Shown here: piece after piece, positions 39,038 through 50,313 of the stretch | How the letters are laid out: each line of letters begins with the position of its first letter | Position numbering within the stretch: position 1 is the first letter of the stretch | Source: Nageia nagi | Lineage: Eukaryota > Plantae > Pinophyta | Length of the DNA: 64,000 nucleotides | Direction of reading: 5' to 3' | Assembly: GCA_050084985.1 (NCBI GenBank) | Contig: JBITNC010000001.1 | Span: 56,792,001 to 56,856,000, forward strand | Notes under the pieces: model-generated | The model's database searches: none | Told to the model about the DNA's origin: nothing | Seen by the model: only the letters and a program-made list of their open reading frames with translations | Program-made: the position numbers and the translations under genes

Positions 39038-42000
39038 CAACTCTTCTCATTCTAGATCAATAATTTAATAATCATTTTTTATGAATGATAATCTTTTTCA
39101 AGCGTCTTTATGGCTTACTCATATAGATTTTTCATTTGATGCAATCCATTTAAAATAGAATAACAAAATGGGAAAACTAATTTAACAAATTCATTAACTT
39201 CTCCAGTTGGTGTTGAGAAACTCCTTCCTTTAAAGAGTTTATTCCATAACTCTTTCTTGTCTTTCCTCAACTGTTAATTCTGTTGAAGAGTCCTTGTTGC
39301 TTGAATTCTTCACCTTTTTCTCATTCATGGATTGCATTCCTCTTCCTTTTACAAAAGTATAAATTTCACAGACCTAGCCTTCTTTCATAACATCAAACTA
39401 GATTACAGGTGGTCCAAGGAACCTCCTTAAACCCGAGAGAGTTTAAGGATTGGAAGAAATTTTGATGCTATAGAGTCGTCTAGAGACAACAAGAGTGCAA
39501 TTAGGAGAAAGACAGTGCTATAAACATGATAAACACACGTCCAGAATCAAGCATTTAATAGTATTCTATAGTTATTCAACCTTCAAGGGATTTCTTTTGC
39601 GAATGATTTTCTTGTGTGGATCTTATGCTATTTTATTACGCTATTGTTCTTTTATTGTTGAGGATATTTACAACATTCTACCAGCACTGCCATCCGTTCT
39701 AGCAGCTTGGTTGGAGGACAGATTTAGATTTCAGATTGGACTTCAGGTGCTTGAATGTTTGACTTGATTTTTCAAAAGGTATAAAATCCTGATTCACATT
39801 ATTCAACTGAATGATTTCTTTCAATATAAAAATAGTGAATGTTTAAATCGAAAGGTTTTCTCTGACTGAAGTCTTTGGTACGAAGGACATGACCTAGTCA
39901 ATCCCCTCAGAAGACAGTTGATGATTACTGTATTAAGGAATGACTAATGGATGTGTTATCAAGCCTATTTTCATTGGACTACTCATGAGCCAAGCAATTT
40001 CAAAAGGTTAGTTGATAATGCCTGTATCCAATACAAGCCAAACAATTTCAAAAGGAATTTATGATAATACCCACTTTCAATGGATGATTTTGAAGCCAAC
40101 CATTGCCGACAAAAAAAGGGGATAAGCTAACAGTTCTGTAAGGGATGGTAGCCAAAGGCAACTATATTGACATGAAATACAGTGAATTGATGGAATGAAT
40201 AGCTATATGTATGGTATCATGTGGTGGTCTTAAACTCATGACAAACAATTGACTTCGATTATCAACTGACGCAAGATATATCTGCAGCTACGTTAGTCAT
40301 CATTGTATATATATGGTTGCAAGAATTGGTGGGATAGTGTTTTAAGAGTGGTATCAAAGCAAGTCTATTTTAAATTTTTTTCTGGCTTACCCATATCATG
40401 ATTAATAATCGATCTAGCTAGGGAAGCCCAATCGCATAGATATTATTAGATTACAAGCATAATTAGACAATATGCACGGCCTATTATAGATGATGCACAG
40501 GCAAGTTGATACGGTATTCCAAATTTATGGAGGAAAGACAGAGACATTGAAAACCATATAGCAGGATACTTAAAATGAGCAAAAGGTTCCCTTTCTTCTC
40601 ATTAAAAACAGTCAAGACGGGTTATTTATCATACTTCAACCCTAAGAACAATGTGGCTAAGGCTGGTTCAATTATGTCTATAATTTCTTTGAATTATTGT
40701 TGAATGGTACAACAATGTTGAAACGAAAGCTGAAGCAAATAAGGAATCCATATACACACAGAAAAATGTATAGGCAATGTGTCTTACCTTGACTAAATTA
40801 CAAATAGCAAAAGCGATCTATTAGGCCTTGGAAACAACATATACCAGACTTTATGGATGCTTAGGATTCAAAATAACTAGGTAGCATCATGGGATATTGT
40901 CAAACATCTTAAAATATAGGACTATCTAGTCTTTTGAGAATGGCCAGATAGTGTGGACATCTAGGTGTCAAATATTGGACATTCAGTATTAGTCCAAAAC
41001 CTTTCAGTAGCTTTTAACATGAAGGACTCATAAACAAATTTATTAAACTAGTCTGCCAATGATAGAAATAGAATATATTTTAATGTATGCAAGTGATCAA
41101 AAATAGGTCAATTGGACTCAACAGTACAATCCAGTTAAATGAAAGAAATCCTTAGGGTTGAGAACTATAGGGACTACAAAAGCAAACAAAACTATAAAAC
41201 TATACTATCAAGAGTATCCTGAACTAAAAGAAGATCATTCGTAGAGAAAAGAAAAATGATGATACATGTCTGTCATCCAAACTGTGATTTTGCCTGTCTG
41301 AGATGTGACACAACATCATGTCAACCTGAGACAATGAATGTACTGAAGAGTATTGTCTAAGGACTTTTCCTGATAGTGGGTTCTAAAGTAGGCTGGAAGA
41401 AAGGTTTGATAGAACATTATATAAGATTAGTGAATCAAGAAAACATTAAAACATATATTACAATTCTTTTTCGCCAAATGGTTAACAGATAAATTTTTAA
41501 CTTTATGGAACAGCAAACTCTGTGCAAAGGTTCGTTCTATTAGCTATGCTTAAAATCAGATAGCCAATTGAGATGGAAATTAATGACATGGAACTTGCAA
41601 TATAACTAAAATTGGTTTGACTAGGCAAGCCTGTTGCTTTTCATTGTGAAACCTCTTTTGAACATTCGATGATTATAAGGAAGCAACATATGCTGCATAC
41701 AGATAAGTAGTAATGATGTTTGAATTCAGTAATGACATCCCAAATGGATTAACTATTTGCAGTACTTTGACATTGTTAAACATAAGAAGGGAGTCAACGA
41801 TAAAGAAGAAATCCTTTTCTATTCCTTCAAGCACAACCATAATCATTACAGACAACTAATCTATGGAAAAGTTAAATCACAGGAATCACAGGATCAGTTT
41901 CAAAAAGACAAATTCGAACACCTCCAAACACTGTTTTAAGAATCGTAGTCACAATTGAAGAACTTAGCACAGTTTGAGGAGCTAGTGTAGTAGACATGTT

Positions 42001-42838
42001 GATATTTATCATGCTGTACTAGATGAAGTGCATCTCTCAAAGATATGTGGCTACTTGGCATTCAACAAGAGTGCTCAGAAACTGCGAAACTATTTATATT
42101 GGTCAATGGTGTTATTACAGAATTCTTGGAAGTTAGTTAACTAATTACATGATTATTCATTAGTTTAACAAGATGGCAATTCTGATAGTGTGTTTAAATT
42201 ATCGATGGTTTACATGAGCAGAGCATTTTTTCCAATCAAGTCTTAGTTCGGTTTGCTGACAAAATTCATAATTTGTTATTGCAAAGCAAACTCCTCAGTC
42301 AGAGCAAAAGTTCTTGGACACTTTTGCTTGTCGACGGGAAGTCCAATTCCAATTTTACATATTGTTTTACAACAGTCAGTTGAGACAAGTTTGATTATTA
42401 CCATGATACCAATACCCATGATACCTGTTATTTAATGTGCTTTTAAACATGCATTTGTTTAAAAATGACCTACAAAGCTAAAGACTACCACTTATTATTA
42501 ATAATGAACATTATTCATGGAAAAATTTTGTTACATCACTAGTTGCAAAGAATGTAAAATATGAATTAACTTAAAAAATTGGATATAAGCTTTATGAAAT
42601 ATAGACATTCTATAGTGAGAATAAAGAATATCGTCTACCATTTTATGCATATTGCTCAGGCAAAATACGTCACAGTTCTGTATACAAAACCAAAGGTAGA
42701 GGTCTTACATATTAGGAGCTTTTTGTAAAGACAGAAGAGTGGGAAATTTGCCATTTACAATAGAAATCTCATCTTAGATTTCTCTGCATTTTGTACGTGC
42801 AGAATAAAATAAATAGATTTTCTTTGCATCTATGCAGT

Positions 42839-43690
42839 TTACTTGCTTATGTGGACTTGTCCAGTGGTCTTCTTGTATGTGTACCAATTTGCAATAACAA
42901 TAAAGATCAGAAAATTGACAAAGCTAATTACAGCCATAAGCCAAAAGAAGTAATCTACATGTCCGTAGTTTAAGTTATCTTCAGGAATCCATCCTTGCTT
43001 TCCATGCTTGGTTGTAATACTTCCTACAATTGTGACCAGCAGACTGCTCAAGTAATTCCCCAATGCCACTGTTGCAAGTGAAAGTGCACTGCATAAGCTT
43101 CGCATCGCATCAGGGCTTGGTCATAAAAAAACTCTAGTTGCCCAATGAAGGTGAAAACTTCTGCTGCACCTATTAAGAAATACTGAGGGACTTGCCAAAA
43201 GATGCTCATCTCAACCTTCGTCTTTTCCTTGTCATAGAATTTGTGTTCCTTAGCCATGTCAAGTCTCTTGATTTCAACAATGGCAGCAACTACCATTGAG
43301 AAAATAGAAATAACCAAGCCAATACCCATACGCTGTAGTTGGGTAAAGCCTCTCTGATGGCCTGTATACTTACGTGCAGTTGGTACAATAATCCGATCAA
43401 AAATCGGAACCCACAATATGACACTAAGAGTATCAAATAGGCCTAATGACGCTGACGGAATATTAAAATGGGAACCCATACGAGTATCCATAATGTCGCC
43501 TAATTCAACAAACAAATTACCCATTTGATTGTACACAGCAGAAAATACAATCCCAGAGGCCAAAATTGGAAGCATGCAAATAATTGATTTGAACTCTTCC
43601 ACTTGGGTCACTGTGCAGAGTTCCCATGGATTAATGGTACCACGTTGAATTTTATCATCTGATGTTTCTACTGCAGCTCTGTCGAGGAAT
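42839..43690 (-). CDS. NPF8: NPF coding exon 4 (contains the frameshift)
   Basis: ttgcag|FLDRAA...FFYDQA/(P)[10 protein letters not shown]...[14 protein letters not shown]. Confidence 0.9.
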
Positions 43691-44890
43691 CTGCAAGACC
43701 ACAACAATCTGTGAATTTTTTCGGCTATTAATCGTAGAACTAAACAACATTGATGGAAAGAGACAATCTTACAGGAATTTATCTGTATGCTCAAGTTTCC
43801 TGCTTCCTTCAATGGTGGATTCGTTATCATCAATTTCGTATAGCAAAGACTTGTCTTCAGGAAGTTTCACATGCCATTTCCTAAATGATGCGACTGTCAC
43901 CTGGGCTATCCGAGTCAATGGACTTCCCCCTGGTTTTTGATGTCGGTACAATGGGGTACCTATTAAGAAACTGCAAATTGCTATACCCATGGCTGCAGCA
44001 GGAATTCCAAAGCCTATTCCCCAACCAACGTTGTCTTGGATCCAAACAAGTACAGAAGCAGCTATGAGAGCACCAATGTTTATTGAAAAATAAAACCAGT
44101 TGAAAAAGGAACTCTTTTTCTTCTTTTCTTCATTATCTGTGTCATCAAATTGGTCTGCCCCAAATGATGAAACACAGGGCTTTATACCACCAGTTCCTAA
44201 AGCAATAATGTAAAGCGAAAGGAAGAAAACACCAATTTGGGTTGTTGATGCATGGCAATCAGATTCTCCTCCTTTGCAGGGAGGCTTAAGTTTACTCACA
44301 GAAGCGGTTACAGTCAACAACGTCATTCCCTGCAGACATTTACATTGTAAGAGTCCTTACATGTACTTGTACTAAAATAAAAGCATTGGATTGTCAGACT
44401 TACAATGAAATAAACAATGGAGAAAATAAAAATTGTCCAATATCTCCCCCAGTATGAATCCGCCAAGAAAGCACCAATTAAAGGTGTTAAATAACATGTT
44501 CCAGACCAGTTGCTATTGTGTTTCAATGCTGTAGAATTGCCCAAATTGAAATTATTTTTTAAGTAATTCACCATATTTGATGACATTCCATAGTATGCCA
44601 ATCTCTCAGAACATTCGTTTCCTGCCACAACAATGAGACAACAACTTGTAACCTTTATCCATATTTCAAATTATATATATAAAAGTTTGGTCTGTAACAT
44701 CAAATTCTGCACATATTGGCTTCCAAATTAGAAATGCACATTTTAGATTTGGGTTGAATGTTGTACCCAATATAAATGGGCATGCAGTCCAATTCCCTGA
44801 TTCGCTCTTGACTGCAGGGTTTCCATGAATGTCCATTGAGCCATCTTGAGTATACTCCTCATCCGAGTGCTCTCTTGATGTTTTACTCAT
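42839..44890 (-). CDS. NPF8: NRT1/PTR family (NPF/POT) transporter, NPF8/PTR1-PTR2-like; 4 coding exons, ~583 aa if the 1-bp frameshift at ~43114 is corrected
   Basis: Exons 44890-44767, 44621-44404, 44329-43773 and 43690-42839, all GT-AG and phase-compatible. Motifs [88 protein letters not shown]. Confidence 0.93.
43773..44329 (-). CDS. NPF8: NPF coding exon 3 (557 nt)
   Basis: ctgcag|GMTLLTV...EHTDKFL|gtaaga. Confidence 0.93.
44404..44621 (-). CDS. NPF8: NPF coding exon 2 (218 nt)
   Basis: cag|[12 protein letters not shown]...IVYFI|gtaagt. Confidence 0.93.
44767..44890 (-). CDS. NPF8: NPF coding exon 1 (124 nt)
   Basis: [17 protein letters not shown]...[11 protein letters not shown]|gt. 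Confidence 0.88.
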
Positions 44891-46954
44891 TAAAAAGTAA
44901 CCAAAAAATTTCCTTTGCCTGTTCGTTTGAGTTTTGACCTGATGCATTAACCAATCAGAAATGCACAACCAATTACAGAACAAATTTCGCTCATTTGAAA
45001 CATGGCATGCGAAACATTAGTACATTTGACATTGTTACATCAGATTGTATACTCTCTTAAATCCTACAAGATCAACAAATGTAAAAAAACTCTGTCTGCA
45101 GCTCAGTATCATGTTTTAGCTTTTATTAATTTAATGTAAAATATTCCAAAACTCGTCTCATTTGACCATCTAGTGTTTACTACTTCACACTCAGATAGAC
45201 AGAATCCAACAGTAATATGAACCATTTTTCAATTTACCCAGATTATAATTTTAAAAAATAGAGAGCAACAATGCCATATTATCATAGAAAATTTTCCTGA
45301 AATAATTCTAATATTTATTAATAGACGAATCCTACAGACAGAATTAATTGAACTGAAATCCAAAAGAAGAAAAAAAATTCTGGAGTTTATATTGTAAAAT
45401 CATACCTCATTCAAAATAGGAAATTTTATACGTATACGATTTTGCATAATAGACCAAAAAAAAAAGGACTAGGATTGACAAATTTTCAAAATCTTCTTGA
45501 AGAAATGAGTTTTACATAAAGATCATGTGCAATAATATCTACTCAAATTTCTTCCTATAGATAAAACAATTCCGTCAGCACACTTATAATACCTATTCAT
45601 ATATACAGCTTACAATTCATCCTGCATAAAAGGTATCTTATGTTAGAATTATATTAAAACTATGTGTCTTTAGCCTTTTATTTTTGTATGGGTTTTCTAA
45701 CAAATATCTTAATCACCAATAGGTACATATCAATGTGGACCTGATTTACCTTAACTAGCTTTAGCAGCTAAATGTGCATGTAGACTATATGGTACAATTG
45801 TATAGCAAGAAGTTTTCATGCATACTTTTATCCTACTGAGGAAGCAAAATAAAATTTCATAATCAAGGCCATGAAATCATCTTGGCCCTCTGGCATGCTC
45901 ATCTAAACCATTTTAAACATAATCTAAATCTACGGCCAGGCGGAGAACTGAAATCTTCATGAAAAGTGACATGTACCTCATGTATATTAGTTGATATGGT
46001 GTCTGGACCAGTTGAGTTCTCATTCTGCAAGGCTCCCATACTTGACTGTTATCAGAGCCTTCATACAAAGGACTCTAGTGGGAATTTTTTCGTTTCTGTG
46101 TTCTTTTACGCAGATGGATTTATAGCCGGCTTAACAAATTAAACAAAATCGTACCCCACAATCTGAAAGGATCGATAGATACATAGCGTAAAACGCATAG
46201 ATGCCCCCGTCAAACCCCGGTGGACTATTGGGATGTCATGAGCTGGGATTACAGTGATGTCCAGAAGTTCATTTTCTTTGAAATTATATTATTGGTCATG
46301 AATTGACATGAGGCGTTGTATTCTCATGGAAATTCTAGTCTGGCGAACTTTCAACAGGCCCATTGATCTATAAAGCAAATGTTGATAGTTTTGTCGCATT
46401 TCTAGAGACCAGACAGAAAATATGCTAAGATTTATAGACTGTAAACTTAAGTTAATTATACTTACGTTGCAACTAACTGCCTCAGCTGAGTTCTGTGAGA
46501 CTTATGCCATTTAACCACGGCTTGGATGTGGTAACATTAGAGAGACGAGGTAGGTTCTGTAACGTCTCTCACTTTCAGTTACTTATTTTTCTTAATTAGA
46601 AGCACATCAATCTATTTTTTCACTCTTTGTATTCATTTTTTCTTCTCTTTTGGTTGAGCACTTATGGATCATCTACTTGTACTCTTCATTGTCTTATTTT
46701 CTTCTCAGTTTTCTAGGTCACTTTTGTTCCACTCTTGACATCAATAAAATTTCATTTCCTTTCTTAGTATCACAAATGTATCATGATTTTTTAATTATAA
46801 AGGTGAAACTAATTAGCAAAGGATATTCAGCCCCATATTCTCCCCTTACCTTGAAACTTTTTTGACATCTAATACACTCTGCCAATGTTAGTAGGGTTCA
46901 TCTTGGTGGAGTTCATCCATTTTTGGTGAAAAGTCATTGATATGGGTTATATAA

Positions 46955-47300
46955 TCGAATTAGTATTATTTCAAAGGATTGTATTGGTATTTCTCCACAT
47001 AATTGTATGGATATTTTCTTGCATGATTGCATTGTTATTTATTTGTAGGATCACATTGGTATTTCCCTACAAGATCATATTGGTATCCTATTTTTTATAT
47101 TTTAAAGCTATGAAAGTTAGATGATACCAATGTGATTCTACAAATGTCTAGTAACCACTCATCGCGAGTATCGCTTTGGTATTTATACGCATGATTGCAT
47201 TGGTATTTCTCGGAAGGTTCGCGTTGGTATCTTATTTTTAAATTGCAAAAGTTTTTTGTACAAAAATTGCAAGATACCAATGTGCTCCTGCATACACACA
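46955..47300. repeat. Degenerate 22-24-bp minisatellite (core ATACCAATGTGATC), mostly in reverse orientation
   Basis: Repeated [gc]attggtat / gatcacattggtat, with forward copies at ~47123 and ~47273. Confidence 0.7.
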
Positions 47301-48169
47301 TTTTGATGATTATTCACCATCCTGCATCAAATCACAAAACCAACTAAATTGAATGAACAACACCAAGTAAATTGAAAGAATGACACCAAGCAAAACGATT
47401 GCCAAATTGAATTCTTCATTTTGAGCAAGTGGGGTGGTGAAGTGGGAAAAGGCCAAAGCAAGAAAATCCTAATAGAGAGGATTCTAAAATGATTACAAGC
47501 ACTTAGGTGAGATGATTGCAGTCCATGAAATTGTGTATGCTTTATTCATATTCTAAAATGATTCTTGAGCCTCGTGTATCCTTTTATATTTTGCATGCAT
47601 GCTTTTTAGGGTATTCACAACCACAACAATCAATGAAAGTGTTTGAATCATAAAGTATATTTTGCATGCATGTTTATCAAAGCATATATGAACTTAAATC
47701 CTAAAATATAAAATACCAAAATGTTTGCATCATAGAGCAATCTTAAATATAAAATCTAGTATGGTCCTTCTAGCTTCGTGATTTAAGCAATCATATATAC
47801 GATATAATAAAGGACATTCTAAGGATGGTAGCAAAATAGAATACGATAAGATAATATTGAGAAAAATACCTATGTTTGCAAGGTTAACATATTTTTAGTG
47901 AAATTCTATAGTAATAGCTTTAGTTCTTTAACATTAACAATTACATGGATTATGTCTTTGCCAAACTCTAGGCTCAAAAGCACCTCTCAAGATTTGAAGG
48001 TTTTTCCAATCTAACAAGAAGTAAGGATGAATTCCCAAAGAGATTATGCTAGTATCCTTGTCTACCTATAATACAACTACATGATCATGGTAGTCAAAGG
48101 CTTTGCTAAAATAAATCATTTATTAGCAAAAGTTTCATTCCATTTCTACAACACACATCCTTTAGTCAA

Positions 48170-48465
48170 TCACTAGTATTTACCATATGAGCATTGTCCA
48201 TCCCTTGAAGTGGCAAAAATGGTTGGCATCCTATGCAAAAATATTTTATGTGACCATTTGGGAGATAAACTTTGTTGCAAAGTGAAAGTTACCACATGCT
48301 CGAAGGTTCTTCATAACTTGAATGGTTGTGATAGAGGATGTGTTTAACAACCCAAAAGCAATTCCTAGTTTATCACTATGGTGGTAAAGAATTTATTCCT
48401 TATCTTCCTTATTGATATCTTGTAGAACAAATCTCATATCAAGATTAATATACTTGTTCAAAAAG
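48170..48465 (-). pseudogene. DYW deaminase domain fragment of a PLS-PPR RNA-editing factor
   Basis: Minus strand: RFVLQDINKEDKE*ILYHHSDKLGIAFGLLNTSSITTIQVMKNLRACGNFHFATKFISQMV...DANHF.HFK.GQCSYGKY**, compared with the consensus HSEKLAIAFGL...KNLRVCGDCH...RFHHFK.G.CSCGDYW. Confidence 0.9.
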
Positions 48466-50313
48466 ATCATATCATGATTATTATCTAACAACCAGTTGCG
48501 ATGAATTCCCAAAGAGATTATGCTTGTATCCTTGTCTAAAAATATGTTGGGATTGAAAAAAGGAAATTAAAAGTAAGTAAAAATTAGACAAATGTAATAG
48601 TAATAAATTCATGTTATATGGATAGGTTTTATGACTATAAAGGTGTTGGATTAGGTAAAAATGAGCAAGACATCAAATTTTTTAGAAAATATTTTAGTTT
48701 CACTTGTAGAGAAAGGTTTTGGATATGAATAGAAAATAGTAACTAAAAAGAGGAAGTTAAGTATGAGACTCCTTAATTTTCCACTAGAACTTTATTTTTA
48801 GGATGGACTTGAGTGTTGTAGGAATACTCCATAGGAGAGTTGAATGAATATATTAATGCAATATAAACCATTTTCTATAATGGAAATAGTTTTTTTTGAA
48901 TTTCTAATTCAATTTACTTTTTTATTGTGTAAAGTGTAATTAATGCATATATTAATTAGTGTATTAATTACACTAATTTAATTATGTAATTACAATTATT
49001 GGTGCTCATATGGGCCCCAATATAAGAGGAATATCTCAAGTTCACAAAAAAAGAAGTATTTATCCAAAAGAGAGGTTGTTGATGTCATTATATTGTAAAG
49101 ATATATGAATACAAACCTCATATTTCCTTTATAACTTATAATTATTTCAAACATGTGGATTTGGATGGACATCATTACCATGGTGTCGATTACCCATCAC
49201 AATATAGGAAATATTTATTTGCACTAAGTTTATCACCTATTGTAGTATCAATGATTGAGGCTTTGTTAGTGATAGGTGTGTTTGTTGATCAAATTTTTAA
49301 TGGATAGTACTTGAATGAGGTGTCTGATAAGTTGCCAACAATTCAAGATAATTGTATATAGAGAAAAGATGTCACCAATATATGCAATAGGATTAGAAAC
49401 ATTAAAGTACACAAACATGCTAAAGATTCATAATGTTAATTTATAGTATCAAGAGAAGAAATAAAATTATTTTCTTTATCATCGACCTGAGAAGCAAGGG
49501 TTGTTTTTAGACATTCAAACTTCATGGATGTTGCAAAAGATGGTAACATTATTCCACAATAGTATTATTATGATGGAATCAATATTTAGTACTAACAAGT
49601 ACGGGGTAAGTTTAGTATTTTATTTTCTTTTTCTATGTGCAATTCAACACATTCTTTCATTTCTAAATTATTTTGGTGTTATCAATTGTAATACCAATTC
49701 CATACATTATTTATTGTTGCATGCATAAGAGAGTGATGTGTCAGTTCCATAGGTGGTTGTTAATTGTAATTAGATAGAAGACATACAATAATGACTATAA
49801 TTATTACATGATCAAGACAAAGAACATAGGCCTAATTGGGATGTGTATTCCTTTATGATAGATGATGATATAGTTGAAATAAAAGTTATAAGGTATGAGT
49901 TATCAAGTTTAGTTATAACTCTATTTACAATTATATTTTCAAAATATTTTAGCTCATAATTTAATAAGTTATCTTTAAATGAATACAATAGGAGGGTATT
50001 CAAGTGTCAACATCTACTATGTGTTTTACAAATATAAACGATATGGTTAAAAAATATTTTTTAAGTATGCATTTTCCAAAGATGTGGGTAGGAAGATGTT
50101 CTCCAAGTTGGAATAAATTATGTGTACCAAACATGATGTAATGTTAGTGATGGTATTTATTGAGACTTTTACAAAGAATTCAAGGAGGATAAGGCATTCA
50201 TAAACTACTACAATTGTTATTAGATGGAGATGATAATATTATTAAGTATTTCTAAGGAACATGTGTTCATTTATTTCCTCTTAGTGAAGATACTTTCTAA
50301 TTTTGTACCGTAT

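Noticed and set aside
39040-42800. Possible second gene downstream of NPF (non-repetitive, some donor-like motifs)
   Set aside because: No ORF or exon chain with recognisable protein similarity could be built
44666-44983. 105-aa ORF as a longer NPF N-terminus or separate gene
   Set aside because: It starts at a non-ATG codon, runs through intron 1, and family similarity begins only after the ATG at 44890
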